DNA from: Escherichia coli
Lineage (GTDB): Bacteria; Pseudomonadota; Gammaproteobacteria; Enterobacterales; Enterobacteriaceae
Assembly: GCF_965641715.1 (NCBI RefSeq)
Contig: NZ_OZ282454.1
Length of the DNA: 64,000 bases
Reading direction: 5' to 3' (one strand)
A program made the position numbers and the translations under genes. A model generated the notes under the pieces. The model saw nothing but the letters and a program-made list of their open reading frames with translations, was not told the origin of the DNA and searched no databases. This document shows, in pieces, positions 45,184-56,415 of the stretch. Each line of letters starts with the position of its first letter. Positions within the stretch are counted from its first letter, which is position 1.

Positions 45184-45317
45184 GGAATATTCCTCCCGAC
45201 ATGTTCTGACACGCTACCGCCCATCCCTTTTCACGCACAGGGCACTCGTTTTACAGGCAGATTATGAATACAGAAAGCCCGCCGGCATTGCCGGCTGATA
45301 TACAACTTCAGGGCCAG

Positions 45318-45833
45318 TTAATTAATGCGTGGTTTTCCCCACGCAGACGGTTTAATAACAAAAAACACGCTGGATGGCTGATGATAAACATCCTGATTAT
45401 CAATATAAGGCGCTATCCATAATGCTGCCGTCTGCTCACCCGTTCTTAGCGGACGGGGAGGTGTTACCGGCGCAACTGAACTGACCGGAACAACCGTTTT
45501 CACTTCCCGGGCAGCCGTAAACAATGGACGTGGTGCCAGCAGTTTCTGCTCCGGAAGTGCTGTCACCGCTGGTCTGCTGCCGGACGGAGTGGTCGCGGTG
45601 ACGGTCTGCACCGGCATTGTCCGGAAGTTCCCTTCAGCCAGGCGCGGCAGTGATGCCGCAACCGGCTTTGCTTCTGAGGACTGCTCCAGTTTTTTGGCCT
45701 TCTCATTGGCCTGCTCCATCGTCATACAGGTATCGGATGTGGTGGCGTTACACTCAAATTCCGTATTTGTTCCAGCGCAGCCGGAAAGTAATAAGGTCCC
45801 CAGCAGAGGAATAAATAAAGAAATCTGTTTCAT
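45318..45833 (-). CDS. traV: TraV outer-membrane lipoprotein
   Basis: MKQISLFIPLLGTLLLSGCAG lipobox, 171 aa. Confidence 0.9.
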   Translation of the reverse strand: MKQISLFIPLLGTLLLSGCAGTNTEFECNATTSDTCMTMEQANEKAKKLEQSSEAKPVAASLPRLAEGNFRTMPVQTVTATTPSGSRPAVTALPEQKLLAPRPLFTAAREVKTVVPVSSVAPVTPPRPLRTGEQTAALWIAPYIDNQDVYHQPSSVFFVIKPSAWGKPRIN

Positions 45834-46198
45834 TGCCCTTCACCTTTTTTATTACTCCCCACAACAGCAGAAATTAACTCTGCTGTCAGATTTGTTTTCC
45901 CTGCACAGGGATGTCCGGAGACCACTGTATTTCCCGGAGAAGAAAATAAGCTCATCGACATTCCCTTCTTCATCACACCGACAGCAGCCATATTAAAATT
46001 GTGCGGCAATGATTCAGAACTGAACTCCTTCGGAGCAGGAAGAACTATTTTTGTGGTGCAGTTACTGAGAACAGCATGCATAAAATCATCTGATACGTTT
46101 TTATCTGGCACAACGCGGGCTGTAATAACATTAATATTACGCATGTTCATTTTTATCTCCGTTGCTTCTGTTTGTTCGGTCATCAGGGAAATAAACAT
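45830..46198 (-). CDS. Small ORF in the trbD/trbG position (start uncertain)
   Basis: 122-aa ORF between traP and traV, overlapping the traP 3' end. Confidence 0.4.
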   Translation of the reverse strand: MFISLMTEQTEATEIKMNMRNINVITARVVPDKNVSDDFMHAVLSNCTTKIVLPAPKEFSSESLPHNFNMAAVGVMKKGMSMSLFSSPGNTVVSGHPCAGKTNLTAELISAVVGSNKKGEGQ

Positions 46199-46727
46199 GG
46201 CATTTCCTGATTTTTCCCGGCAGGGAAGCGTCTTCCGTATAAACGTCCTTCAGATATTCATCTGCGGTTACCACCCGGATACATTTCATTTTTCCGGGCA
46301 GCACCGGATATTTCCCGGTGATCGCTGCCAGCGAGACATACATCAGTGCCAGTGTTGCCCATAATGCGGTGACCAGTTGCATCAGTGACCGGTCAGTCTC
46401 CCTGACATAATCTGCAGCATCAGCCGCGCGGTAATGGCAGATATCCTGTATTTCTGATCTGCCTGAAGAATCAGAGGAAGAAAACCAGCATTCACTGACC
46501 GGGAACTGTCCGGCAGGTGCTGTTTGTCTTACGAAGTTAATCTCCTTAACCAGTAATTTCCCCGGCGTGGTGTTGTCCTTCCATAAAACAAACAGAGCCA
46601 TCAGGGCCATTGTGGCCAGAGGCAGAATGACGGTGTACTTCAGACACCAGAACAGTCCTCGCAGAACCCGGGCGACAACATACCGGGCGGCATGGCACGC
46701 CTGACGGGCCGACATATTATTTGCCAT
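46137..46727 (-). CDS. traP: TraP
   Basis: 196-aa inner-membrane protein following traB. Confidence 0.8.
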   Translation of the reverse strand: MANNMSARQACHAARYVVARVLRGLFWCLKYTVILPLATMALMALFVLWKDNTTPGKLLVKEINFVRQTAPAGQFPVSECWFSSSDSSGRSEIQDICHYRAADAADYVRETDRSLMQLVTALWATLALMYVSLAAITGKYPVLPGKMKCIRVVTADEYLKDVYTEDASLPGKIRKCHVYFPDDRTNRSNGDKNEHA

Positions 46728-48144
46728 CGTTGCCTCCTCCCTGGCTGCCGGACATAAACTGCTGCGGATTCAGGTTGCCCAGCTGCTTCAGCATCTGGTC
46801 AGTATTAAAGCCGTTAAGATGACTTTCAGCTGATGGCGGAACAGGAACCGGACTTTCCGGATTATCTTCTTCCGCTCTGTTCTGCGTGCGCTCCAGCGCC
46901 ATCTCTTCCACGGTTTTCAGCTGGAAGCCGTCCTGGAACACCACGGTCACTTCGTTGCCCGCACCAATCGGTATCACCGGGTGATACTGTTCGGCACGTT
47001 TGATGTAGTAGTCACTGAGCGTCTGTGCGGCTTTCGATGCGCCGCCACCGATACCCATTTTAAGGACATCGCCGGCCCCGTAAGCAGCAGTGGCACCCAG
47101 CCCGACAGCCGGCTGGGAAGCACGCTCCATTCCCTGACCGATACCGTCAACAAATCCCGCGCCCCATGCCCAGCCGAGGATTTTGCCGTTACGCATCACC
47201 ACTTCGCCCTTAATACCGTTTTTACCCCGGAAGCTGACATGCCCCTTAATCGGCATATCAATGGTTTTGCCGTCCTTCAGGCAGCTGATATTGCGGGTAC
47301 GTACAATGGCACGCTCACTGGAGACATCCCCCCAGGCTTCCAGACCCACAAAACATCCCTTTGCGTCATACGTTTTGCTGTTCGGCATTTCCACCAGGCC
47401 GATGATACGCAGCTGCATCGGCACCGTGGATTCATTACCAGTAACAGAGGCATTGGCATCCGCCCCTTCAATCAGCATGGCTTTCGCAAAACTTCCTGAC
47501 GGAATGTACGGCAGCGAGGGGCCCTGTTTTCCCTCATTACGGGTGAACACCTTACGCTGTATCCGGTTAGGCACCGGTACAGACTGGTACGTCACCTGCG
47601 GTGGTGGCGTGACACCATTCCCGGGATAAAACGCCGTCGGCGGTGGAACAGCAACGCTGCCCTGCGGCGGGAAAGATACGGGTGTGTTTCCTGGCTGTGG
47701 TTCGCCTTCCGGGCCGGGCGGTGAGGCTGGCGTCTGCGGTACTGGCTCACCGGTCGCGGTGACAGGATTTGCACCCAGGGCTTTCACCTGCTCTGCCAGT
47801 GCAGCATTGTCCTGTCCCAGCTTTTCAATACGACGCTGGTCATCACCGCGCTGTTTGTTCAGGACATCCAGCTCACGACGGATTTCCTCATACTGCTTCT
47901 GCATCTGTGCTGCCGTCACCTGCATCTCTGTGGTGGCATGCTGACGCACCTTGTCATCAAAGGTCGTATCCACCACACCGGTCATATCCGGCACAGGCTC
48001 CTGTTCAGCCACGGTTTCACCGTTACCGGACATGTCCACATCAGACAGATACAGTGCCCCACCAATCGCGGAGGCTGCACCGACAACCACAATCCCCAGC
48101 CACAGGTACTGCTTGCGTTTCACAATGGTATTGATACTGGCCAT
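46717..48144 (-). CDS. traB: TraB (VirB10-like)
   Basis: 475 aa, N-terminal TM, Pro-rich linker. Confidence 0.95.
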   Translation of the reverse strand: MASINTIVKRKQYLWLGIVVVGAASAIGGALYLSDVDMSGNGETVAEQEPVPDMTGVVDTTFDDKVRQHATTEMQVTAAQMQKQYEEIRRELDVLNKQRGDDQRRIEKLGQDNAALAEQVKALGANPVTATGEPVPQTPASPPGPEGEPQPGNTPVSFPPQGSVAVPPPTAFYPGNGVTPPPQVTYQSVPVPNRIQRKVFTRNEGKQGPSLPYIPSGSFAKAMLIEGADANASVTGNESTVPMQLRIIGLVEMPNSKTYDAKGCFVGLEAWGDVSSERAIVRTRNISCLKDGKTIDMPIKGHVSFRGKNGIKGEVVMRNGKILGWAWGAGFVDGIGQGMERASQPAVGLGATAAYGAGDVLKMGIGGGASKAAQTLSDYYIKRAEQYHPVIPIGAGNEVTVVFQDGFQLKTVEEMALERTQNRAEEDNPESPVPVPPSAESHLNGFNTDQMLKQLGNLNPQQFMSGSQGGGNDGK

Positions 48145-48872
48145 CAGTTGCCCTCCCCGTCACGGATGACATACACATCCATGCGCGCACCTGCCAGTAA
48201 CTGGCTGGCAGGCTGGCTGAACATCACGGCACGGGTTCCCGGCTGCCAGAAGTCACTTTCCCGGATATTCAGGGCAGACAGCGTTTTATTTTCCACGGCA
48301 AAGCGGATCATCTTCAGGTGATTCCCCGTCCATACAGCATCTGCCACTGAAGACAGCCCCGCCGGGGTCTGCAGGGTTTCTTTTGTCACCGGGACCTGAT
48401 ACCAGCCTGCAGGTAATTTTCCGCCACGGACGGCTTGGCTGATGGTCACAAGCAGGGATTCGTAAGGCGTGGACGTTTCCCACGCTCCGGCTTCTTCTCC
48501 GGTTCCGCGCAGGTCACTGACCAGCTGAATGGTACGCCCCGCGCCTTCACGGGGAACGGCCTGAATGGAAAGATTCAGACCACGTTCTGTTTCCAGAATG
48601 AACGTAAAGGGCTTTTTGTTGACGGTGGCCACCACCACACCGCCGGAGGCGGTCTGCTCATTATTGGTCAGGGCACCATCCAGACTGTTCACGGCGATAA
48701 TCCGGTCACCGGGAACGGTAAACAGATTCGGGCTGGTATTGCTGATGGCAATACTGGCCTGACCACCGTTCACCATTGGCACCACGGTGGGGGCCAGCGT
48801 ACCGTTTGCGGCCATCACGCTGCAGGAAAAAAACAAGCTGCCGAATATTATTGCCGTATTATTTTTTCTCAT
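48144..48872 (-). CDS. traK: TraK (secretin-like/VirB9-like)
   Basis: 242 aa with signal peptide. Confidence 0.92.
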   Translation of the reverse strand: MRKNNTAIIFGSLFFSCSVMAANGTLAPTVVPMVNGGQASIAISNTSPNLFTVPGDRIIAVNSLDGALTNNEQTASGGVVVATVNKKPFTFILETERGLNLSIQAVPREGAGRTIQLVSDLRGTGEEAGAWETSTPYESLLVTISQAVRGGKLPAGWYQVPVTKETLQTPAGLSSVADAVWTGNHLKMIRFAVENKTLSALNIRESDFWQPGTRAVMFSQPASQLLAGARMDVYVIRDGEGN

Positions 48873-49425
48873 CGTCTGTTTCCCCGAAATTATCCAGCCA
48901 GGTCACCCCGTTTTCCCGCTTCAGAATAAGGATGTAATGTTTGATATCAGTGAAAGGTTTTGAATCACCAATCCAGGTTTTAAGCACACCACGAATTTCC
49001 ACACGGCCATACTGAGGCCAGACACGAACACTGGTCTGGAAAAAGGCTGAGTTCACGTTATCGTTTTTAATACGCTTCGCTTCTTCAGCCAGAATAACTT
49101 TCATCTGGTTCTGTGCGCCCGGGCGGATATATTGCAGAAGCGCCTGATGTGAGGCATCGACGGTTTCTGATGAAACATTCAGACGGAGGGCAATAAATGA
49201 CAGCGCCATCTGCTGTAAATAAGAGGCGTCGGCACTGTTCTGTGACACGGCAAAGGGGGCATTAAATGCCATTGGCGTCACGGCAGTGCGTTGCTCATTC
49301 TGAAGACGGTAGTTATTCACCACCTGAATGACGTTAACAGAGAGGCTGAGAACAATAAGCACTGACATAAATATAAAGGCGATGGCCATTACACGACTGG
49401 TACTTAAACGGGCACCGTGTTCCAT
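48859..49425 (-). CDS. traE: TraE
   Basis: 188 aa with N-terminal TM. Confidence 0.92.
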   Translation of the reverse strand: MEHGARLSTSRVMAIAFIFMSVLIVLSLSVNVIQVVNNYRLQNEQRTAVTPMAFNAPFAVSQNSADASYLQQMALSFIALRLNVSSETVDASHQALLQYIRPGAQNQMKVILAEEAKRIKNDNVNSAFFQTSVRVWPQYGRVEIRGVLKTWIGDSKPFTDIKHYILILKRENGVTWLDNFGETDDEKK

Positions 49426-49446
49426 ATAACAATCCTGGTATCAGTT

Positions 49447-49758
49447 CTATTTAATCCACTGCCGGAAACACGAATCGGGAACATTATGAAAAATACCGCG
49501 CAGCAGGGCTGTTGGCATATACCAGTAAATCAGGTCTCGTAACCAGGAACTGCCCCGCCCTTTTTTCAGTTTTTTAATCCCGAAATAAACCAGAACCGCT
49601 GCACCAATACCGAACAGATATTTCGATGTTGTGATACCCCAGCCAATACAGATTGCTGCGGGGATCAGTTCATCCAGTGGCAGGCCAAACCAGCGGCTCT
49701 GGTTGGTCAGTGTTTCCGGGAAACGATATTTCTTAAGTTTATTCTCGTCTCCCGACAT
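49447..49758 (-). CDS. traL: TraL (start codon uncertain)
   Basis: Small membrane protein between traA and traE. Confidence 0.85.
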
Positions 49759-49772
49759 CGTTTTATTTCCTG

Positions 49773-50132
49773 TCAGAGGCCAACGACGGCCATACCCACA
49801 GCAATAAATACAGAGATGATGGCAAAACCGGCCAGGAACTTGACGTTTTTGGTCATCATGTACATGACCGCACCGACCAGAACTTCAGCCAAAACGACCC
49901 ATTTAACAACACTGGAGTCCTTACCGAAGGTCGCCTTAACCGTGGTGTTACCGCTTGCCATCAGGTCCTGGCCCTGTGCTGCCATTGCCAGTTGCGGGAA
50001 GAACATCATCAGAACAGCAGCCGGGATCACAGCGCGAGCCAGGCGAAGCATATTCAGACGAGTGAATTTAGAAAAAAACGACTTCTTTTTGACGGGCGCA
50101 GAAGCACCCTGAACACTTAAAACAGCATTCAT
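49773..50132 (-). CDS. traA: TraA propilin (F-pilin)
   Basis: [52 protein letters not shown]... leader plus about 70-aa mature pilin. Confidence 0.95.
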
Positions 50133-50164
50133 AAGTTACCTCAATTTCGGATAAATGAATAAAA

Positions 50165-50560
50165 CTAGAGTGTATTAAATGTTATATCTTCCTCTTTATC
50201 TGCCTCCCTGAATATCTCCGAGTTATAAAAATCAGGAAACTTGATCAAATGATCAATAACTCTGTCTGCAGCCTCATCTGTTTTACACCATCCACTACGA
50301 TTTTTGGCTGCAATAAGTAGCTGGTTAGTTTCATCATCCAGACGCATTGTCAGATACTTAACCAGCGACTTACCATAGATATTCCCTGCCCTGTTAAACT
50401 TTGGATAGCGGTGAAGATGATCTTTAAGTCTTATTACTGCCTCAAACGATCGACTTCTTCCGCTTCTGTTACTTGCCTCAATTAATAGACTTTCCACATC
50501 TACAGGTAATTTTAGTTTTACCATCTTACCTGTTGCAGAACGTGTACCAAATCTTTTCAA
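50165..50560 (-). CDS. traY: TraY ribbon-helix-helix oriT-binding protein (non-ATG start inferred)
   Basis: ...KRFGTRSATGKMVKLKLPVDVESLLIEASNRSGRSRSFEAVIRLKDHL... tandem RHH repeats. Confidence 0.85.
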   Translation of the reverse strand: MKRFGTRSATGKMVKLKLPVDVESLLIEASNRSGRSRSFEAVIRLKDHLHRYPKFNRAGNIYGKSLVKYLTMRLDDETNQLLIAAKNRSGWCKTDEAADRVIDHLIKFPDFYNSEIFREADKEEDITFNTL

Positions 50561-50658
50561 TAACACCTCCCGCTGTTTATCTTCTGGTTACCACTTATGT
50601 TTGCAGAATAATCAGAAAAGGTAAATAGACGGAAAGTCTATATTTTATTAACACTTTA

Positions 50659-51348
50659 TTAACGCGTATTTATGATACACATAGCCTTCTCGTACAAATA
50701 ATGAATAAACTTTTTATTGTAGAGTAAGATGATTAACTCATCTTTATTAGAAACAGAGAAGTAGTCGCATATCAGAGATGCGTGTTTCTTTGATGTGGAG
50801 ATGGATATGTTTAATATTCTTGCTATAGCATTATGACTGATTCCGGTGCTATATAAGTAAAAGACATCATTTACATATGATGATACAGAAGAATCATCAC
50901 TCATTCTTCTGATTATATTTCTGATATCATCACTGACAATCGTTTTTTGATTATAACTGTCTTTATGACGAACATGAGCAGCATCATAAAATTGCCACAG
51001 AATGATATTTCTGTGTCCATTAAGAAATGACTGGACAGATATTGTCCAGAATCTGTTCTGAATAAAAACATCCTCTACAAGATTAAGATGCGTATGCTCA
51101 TTCCTGTATGCTTCCATCTCTGTGACAGAGATCAATTCACAAAAATCTCTCTGCGACAGAAGCCATTTTTCAGCACTTTGATCTTGTGTAAGAAATGACT
51201 CATGAAACAGCGTATTGCAAAAAATAAATTTTCCAGTTTCGTCCCTGATACAGGCTGGATTTGGATAATCCTGAATAACTGCCGTCAGATTTTCCAGCAG
51301 ATCTATTTGACGAGCATGTTTTTGTTGAATACGATCCATCGGATACAT
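50659..51348 (-). CDS. traJ: TraJ transcriptional activator of the tra operon
   Basis: MYPMDRIQQKHARQIDLLENLTAVIQDYPN... 229 aa, GAGGAGG RBS; AT-rich as in F. Confidence 0.92.
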   Translation of the reverse strand: MYPMDRIQQKHARQIDLLENLTAVIQDYPNPACIRDETGKFIFCNTLFHESFLTQDQSAEKWLLSQRDFCELISVTEMEAYRNEHTHLNLVEDVFIQNRFWTISVQSFLNGHRNIILWQFYDAAHVRHKDSYNQKTIVSDDIRNIIRRMSDDSSVSSYVNDVFYLYSTGISHNAIARILNISISTSKKHASLICDYFSVSNKDELIILLYNKKFIHYLYEKAMCIINTR

Positions 51349-51421
51349 AGGAACCTCCTCACAAAGGATTCTATGGACAGTCGATGCAGGGAGGAGAGAA
51401 CTCCCTGCATCGGCGATTTTC
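51345..51421 (+). ncRNA. finP: FinP-like antisense RNA over the traJ leader/RBS (approximate)
   Basis: Plus-strand stem-loop gatgcagggagg...cctccctgcatc followed by GATTTTC at 51383-51421, antisense to the traJ RBS. Confidence 0.5.
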
Positions 51422-51534
51422 AAATTCAAATTTTAACGTGGCATTAACCACGTAATTAATATACTAATTATCTTTCGTACTGTCACCCTTTTAAATCATA
51501 AAAACTCTGATGTTTGAACGAAGTCAAATTTCTT

Positions 51535-51918
51535 TTATTCATCATCATTTTTTGGAAAAAATCGTTCCATCTCAGATGATACCTTCTCCCTGATATCTTC
51601 AACCATATTGGCATATTCAAACTTTGGATTTCCGGAGACATGAGGACTGAGAGACTCAATACCCAAAATTTTCGCTACTGATGATTGTGTTTTTACAACG
51701 CATTCAAGAAGCAATTTATTAAACTCAGTCTGATTAAATGCAGACTCTTTACGCTCCATCTGAGCCTCATGTACACGAAGCCCCAGTTCAAGAAGCATTG
51801 ACGCTGTTGCTGAAAAACTGACATCTTTTTCCCTTGCCCCTTCCTGTCGACGCTTCTCAATAATCGCATTTATTTTTTCATAGGCATCATTGCTGATATA
51901 CAGGTTCACCTTAGCCAT
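51535..51918 (-). CDS. traM: TraM relaxosome accessory protein
   Basis: MAKVNLYISNDAYEKINAIIEKRRQEGAREKDVSFSATASMLLELGLRVHEAQ... 127 aa. Confidence 0.95.
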   Translation of the reverse strand: MAKVNLYISNDAYEKINAIIEKRRQEGAREKDVSFSATASMLLELGLRVHEAQMERKESAFNQTEFNKLLLECVVKTQSSVAKILGIESLSPHVSGNPKFEYANMVEDIREKVSSEMERFFPKNDDE

Positions 51919-51929
51919 TAGAGATTACC

Positions 51930-52300
51930 TTTTTTGAACATAAAATAAAGTTAATTTCGAAACACTAAAATTCATAATGCAAACAGGGACGCACCGCTAG
52001 CAGCGCCCCTAGCGGTATCCTATAAAAAAACACACCGCGCCGCTAGCAGCACCCCTAATATAAAATAATGTTTTTTATAAAAATAGTCAGTCCCCCCCCT
52101 ACAAAGCGGTGTCGGCGCGTTGTTGTAGCCGCGCCGACACCGCTTTTTTAAATATCATAAAGAGAGTAAGAGAAACTAATTTTTCATAACTCTCTATTTA
52201 TAAAGAAAAATCAGCAAAAACTTGTTTTTGCGTGGGGTGTGGTGCTTTTGGTGGTGAGAACCACCAACTAGTTGAGCCTTATTGTGGAGTAGGTTAAATT
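51930..52300 (+). other. oriT: F-type origin of transfer (oriT) with nic region and TraM/TraY/IHF site region
   Basis: GCGTGGGGTGTGGTGCTTTTGGTGGTGAGAACCACCAAC at 52230-52268 matches the F nic-site context I recall; inverted repeats and A-tracts 51960-52200; nic expected near 52240. Confidence 0.8.
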
Positions 52301-52331
52301 ATTTCCGGATAATGTCACCAGAGGTGAAAAA

Positions 52332-52841
52332 ATGAAAAAGTGGATGTTAGCAATCTGCCTGATGTTTATAAATGGAATCTGCGAAGCCGCCGATTGCTTT
52401 GATCTTGCAGGTCTGGATTACAAAATAGACCCGGATTTACTGAGAGCGATATCATGGAAAGAATCCCGTTACCGGGTTAATGCCATTGGTATTAATCCGG
52501 TAACGGGATATGGCAGCGGACTGATGCAGGTAGACTCCCAGCATTTTAACGAACTGGCCCGCTACGGAATTAAGCCAGAACATCTGACAACAGATCCCTG
52601 CATGAACATTTATACCGGTGCCTATTATCTGGCAATAGCATTTAAAAAATGGGGCGTATCCTGGGAAGCCGTTGGTGCATACAATGCCGGATTCAAAAAG
52701 AGTGAACGCCAGAACCGGAGGCGTCTTGCTTATGCATCAGACGTTTACCGGATTTATACCGGGATAAAGAGCAGTAAAGGCATCCGGGTTCCGACCACGA
52801 AGAAATCACTCCCCCAAATTAACAGTGTGCAGAACAATTAA
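52332..52841 (+). CDS. Lytic transglycosylase (F orf169 / geneX type)
   Basis: 169 aa with signal peptide and SLT-like motif ...ISWKESRY...GLMQV... Confidence 0.88.
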   Translation: MKKWMLAICLMFINGICEAADCFDLAGLDYKIDPDLLRAISWKESRYRVNAIGINPVTGYGSGLMQVDSQHFNELARYGIKPEHLTTDPCMNIYTGAYYLAIAFKKWGVSWEAVGAYNAGFKKSERQNRRRLAYASDVYRIYTGIKSSKGIRVPTTKKSLPQINSVQNN

Positions 52842-53084
52842 TATTGTATACATTGTCAAATACCGGTTATGCCGCGACAGCGGCATGGAAGGCCACACAC
52901 AAAAATATCATATGAGTGATAATGCTGACTGGCCGAAGCCCCGCAAAGCGGGAACCCATCTTATATATATCCGGTAACTACGCAGCCTCCTGCCAGACCA
53001 TTTTTCGCGGGCACAATATTTACAGACTACCGAAAAGCCAGTTGATGAAATTGAGGTATATCAGACGACACAGCAATGCCGCAG

Positions 53085-53143
53085 GATGATAATATAAGTA
53101 AAGCCCCGAAAAATTTTTCGGGGCTTTACTTATATTATCATGA
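53085..53143. terminator. Bidirectional intrinsic terminator between the convergent geneX and DUF932-like genes
   Basis: Long perfect palindrome gataatataagtaaagccccgaaaaa / tttttcggggctttacttatattatc. Confidence 0.6.
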
Positions 53144-53296
53144 CTTCCACTCCCTGAACTGTTCGGCAATCATCCATAATGCTTTGTTGATTCGGATATC
53201 ACCGTCAATGCCTGTAATTGCTCTTGTTCTGGTATTTTTACCGGAGGCACTTCGCCCCGATAATCCACCTTTTATCATATTCTCCTGAACCCGCTG

Positions 53297-53959
53297 CTAG
53301 GTTGTCCAGAGATCGTTCTGTTTATCCTCCCAACGGCGGGGAGTAATTATTTGTTCAGGCGTCACTGGCGTTTTATTTTCATCTTCATACCTGACCATCA
53401 ATGCAGCTCTGCCAAATAAATATTGTTCGTCACTGTTAAGATGTATCCCTTTCATTGTCTCCATATTTTCAGTGACTTTATCAAAGACACCGGGCACTTC
53501 ATACGCTCCCTCAATAACCTGCCCGACAATATCACCTTTATGTGGAACGCGGATTTCGCCAAAATTATTCCCGCACACCAGGCCATTTGTGTAGACAAAA
53601 CGAAAAATTCCTGGGATCATCTGATAACTGGATGAACCATCATGTGAATTAAGCAGGGTAATTTCAGGAACTTCTTTCCCGTTAATATGCCCTTCCCTGC
53701 GAAGACGTAACATATGTTTACTGTATTCGCGGCGTCCCAAATCACGAACCCGACTCTGACAGGCAAAGAACGGCTGGAAACCTTCATCACGTAACTTATT
53801 GATGATATTGATGGTTGGGATATATGTATAACGCTCACTCCGGGATTCATGTTTATCACCAGAAAAAACAGATGGAACAAACTGCATTAATTCGTCATCC
53901 GTTAACGGGCGCTCACGGCGAATAGAATTATATCGACCAAAACGGGAAGCTAATCGCAT
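53297..53959 (-). CDS. DUF932-like leading-region protein
   Basis: ...ERPLTDDELMQFVPSVFSGDKHESRSERYTYIPTINIINKLRDEGFQPFFACQS... assigned to DUF932 from memory. Confidence 0.55.
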   Translation of the reverse strand: MRLASRFGRYNSIRRERPLTDDELMQFVPSVFSGDKHESRSERYTYIPTINIINKLRDEGFQPFFACQSRVRDLGRREYSKHMLRLRREGHINGKEVPEITLLNSHDGSSSYQMIPGIFRFVYTNGLVCGNNFGEIRVPHKGDIVGQVIEGAYEVPGVFDKVTENMETMKGIHLNSDEQYLFGRAALMVRYEDENKTPVTPEQIITPRRWEDKQNDLWTT

Positions 53960-54069
53960 AACAGTAACTCCTTTATGAAGGCATAAAATTAATAAAAATT
54001 TTTTCGCTTAATATCATCCCCCCTCGGTTATCGTTAACAAAAAGACAACAATTCCGAGGGGAAGGACCA

Positions 54070-54366
54070 TCAAATCAGGTCAGTTCGGGACTGACCAACC
54101 TGCCGAGTGAAAAGCAGTAACAGCGCGATCAACTCATCAGCGTTTTTTCTGACAAGAGGAGTATGATTCTCCAGGCTATCCAGTAAGTCATGCAGCTCAT
54201 TATTGACCTGGTGGAGCACCTTAAAGAGTGCACCAGAATCCCGGCAGCTCTGATATGCAAGGTTTGCCTGAACTGCACGATTCTGCATAATCCCGATTTG
54301 TGCGATTGCGTCTTTCTGCTGATCGCCTGTTGGCTGATAAGTGGTGTTAAAAGAAAATGCGCTCAT
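54070..54366 (-). CDS. Hypothetical 98-aa leading-region protein
   Basis: First ORF downstream of repeat copy A, preceded by AGGAGG. Confidence 0.45.
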   Translation of the reverse strand: MSAFSFNTTYQPTGDQQKDAIAQIGIMQNRAVQANLAYQSCRDSGALFKVLHQVNNELHDLLDSLENHTPLVRKNADELIALLLLFTRQVGQSRTDLI

Positions 54367-54382
54367 AATTCCTCCTGTATCT

Positions 54383-54745
54383 GATGTTTTCAGCCCCCAT
54401 CATCTGTTGAGTTTCGGGACCCGCCGCAACGACGAAGAGCGCGTGCGCGAAACGGCGTTGCCCCTTACATCCCGGCGGCTTTTTGCCGGGATGCAAGGAG
54501 CGCAGGCCACGGCGCGACAGAGGCGGCGCGACCGGAACGGTCGCTGCAAGCCCGGGGTTTTCACGCATCGGACCGTAGCGACAGCCCGAAACCGCGCCAG
54601 CGGGTTCGGCGGAGACTGGCAGGTGCGCCAGCAGCTGCCTGTCGGAGTCGGGCCTGACGACCGGATGCCGCCAGGCAGCCGGGAGCCGAAGGTGCGCCCG
54701 GCAGACAGGACAACACTGCTGTAGTCAGAATCAGAGCAGGAAGAA
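54383..54745 (+). repeat. Leading-region structured repeat, copy A (shorter; lacks the central segment of copy B)
   Basis: Shares the first about 40 bp and the last about 320 bp with copy B at near identity. Confidence 0.6.
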
Positions 54746-55016
54746 AAAGAGAATAATCACGGGAAAGGTAATGTCATTTCTGACAACTGACCATAAACAG
54801 AGAAGGCGGGGGAAAAGAACGGGCGCCGCAGGCGCACGTTCATCCCCTTTCCCGAAGGGAAAGCGCCTTCCAGGCAGTCTGGTTGTTCATGCCCGTACAA
54901 TGCCAGCAAGGAGAAAGGGGCCACCGGCGAACCAGCAGCCCCTTTATAAAGGCGCTTCAGTGCAGTCAGACCAGCATCAGCCCTGAAAAGGCGGGCCTGC
55001 GCCCGCCTCCAGGTTG

Positions 55017-55178
55017 CTACTTACCGCCGGATTCGTAAGCCATGCTTGCCGTAACCTCCCTGTATCCGTCCTTCAGCCGTATTTCGCACAGACGATTCCG
55101 GGTCAGGAGTGTGAATATCAACAACGTGCAGCACACGATTAATACGCACCAGATAAGGGCGTTTCCCGGTAGTTTCAT
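55017..55178 (-). CDS. hok: Hok-family membrane toxin (type I TA; flmA/hok-like)
   Basis: Reverse complement reads [63 protein letters not shown]. Confidence 0.85.
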   Translation of the reverse strand: MKLPGNALIWCVLIVCCTLLIFTLLTRNRLCEIRLKDGYREVTASMAYESGGK

Positions 55179-55236
55179 GGTTTACTCCTCCTTGCAATTT
55201 GCACGGTAAGAGGCCATACTGACGTGGACTAGACAT
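55021..55236 (-). CDS. mok: Mok-like overlapping reading frame (translational coupling frame for hok)
   Basis: 71-aa ORF overlapping hok in another frame, as in hok/mok/sok loci. Confidence 0.55.
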   Translation of the reverse strand: MSSPRQYGLLPCKLQGGVNHETTGKRPYLVRINRVLHVVDIHTPDPESSVRNTAEGRIQGGYGKHGLRIRR

Positions 55237-55265
55237 GCAAAGGCCTCGTGGGTTAATGAAAATTA
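55195..55265 (+). ncRNA. sok: Sok-like antisense RNA (position inferred only)
   Basis: Expected antisense to the mok start region of a hok locus; not verified from structure. Confidence 0.3.
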
Positions 55266-55695
55266 ACTACGGGGCTTTTGTCCTTCTGCCACACGACAGG
55301 ATAACAAACCACCTTCACGTCATGAGGCAGAAAGCCTCAAGCGCCGGGCACATCATAGCCCATATACCTGCACGCTGACCACATTCACTTTCCCTGAAAA
55401 TAATCCGGTCGTTCAGCCAGTTCACGGGCAATCAGTTCATCCGCAAACAGTGGTGCATGCCTGTTGATACGTTTCTCCAGATTCCGCCGTCGTACCACAG
55501 CCTTACGTTCTTCGCTCCAGCGGCGCACCTAGCGGTCAGAAATAAAATCCAGACAGACCGCATACCCTGCACCGGCAACCCAGCGTGACATAACGGATGC
55601 CGGTGCAGGCTGCCCCGCCTCCACCACTTCTGAAACCAGTTCATGCTCGCCAGGACAGGGAGAAGGCAGTTTCCAGCGCAATGAGTAACGCCACT

Positions 55696-56415
55696 TCACG
55701 CCGCCTCCCGGAGTTTGTTCGGCACCATCCACCGCTCCATCTCACGGACAGCGTGACCGGCCTCTCTTGCTGCAAGACTGGCTTCCGCAATAACCTGCCA
55801 GAACGGCATATTCTGCCACTGCCAGCGTTCCATTCCGGACAGTGACGGAAAACGCTCGCCCCACTGCCAGAACAGGGTTTCCAGGTCATGCTCTGCCACC
55901 CGGTCACTCCAGCGTGCATGCCAGCTTCCGACTGTTTCCGGCGAATGGAATGCCAGTTCGATTTCAGCCTGAGCGACCAGCGCCTGGTACGCACGGGCTT
56001 TCTGCTCTGCCTCCCGTGCCTGCTGGCGGCTGTACTTCTGCATGACCAGCGCGGATTTATGGCGACTTCGCTCCCTGACACGAAACCGCACCGACGGAAA
56101 CACCCCCTCTGCTGCATCACCGGGAAGGGGAAGGAGGCAGACCTCGCCCTGTGTTTCAATCAGCACATCGATGGCATACAGCCACTGAAGACGGTTGCCG
56201 TGCAGTTCTTCTGCGGTCAGGGACGGCATGAAAAATCGCAGGTCAGACAGCGATATCCTGCGGCTTCCGTTCAGACAGCGGAAAAACGCCCCCGCATACG
56301 GATATTCCGCCAGCGTGTTACCCTGATGGCGGCGTTTTTCTGTCTCCGCCACCGCCCGCCATGCGGCCTGTTGCTCTGTGCTGAGGGGAACCAGTGCCTG
56401 TGAACGTGCGCTCAT
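55696..56415 (-). CDS. psiA: PsiA
   Basis: 239 aa, [50 protein letters not shown]... Confidence 0.92.
   Translation of the reverse strand: MSARSQALVPLSTEQQAAWRAVAETEKRRHQGNTLAEYPYAGAFFRCLNGSRRISLSDLRFFMPSLTAEELHGNRLQWLYAIDVLIETQGEVCLLPLPGDAAEGVFPSVRFRVRERSRHKSALVMQKYSRQQAREAEQKARAYQALVAQAEIELAFHSPETVGSWHARWSDRVAEHDLETLFWQWGERFPSLSGMERWQWQNMPFWQVIAEASLAAREAGHAVREMERWMVPNKLREAA

Noticed and set aside
54341-54724. ORFs predicted inside the three leading-region repeats (e.g. 54341..54724, 54347..54568, 60005..60382, 59981..60226, 63271..63666, 63342..63566)
   Set aside because: They lie within GC-rich repeated, hairpin-forming DNA, overlap on both strands, lack ribosome-binding sites and have low-complexity Arg/Pro/Ala-rich translations; open frames are expected by chance in such sequence.
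55385-55732. About 115-codon open frame downstream of psiA containing one internal TAG
   Set aside because: It overlaps the psiA 3' end and the expected hok mRNA leader and promoter; probably a chance open frame in GC-rich DNA, kept only as a member of the TAG pattern noted in the findings.
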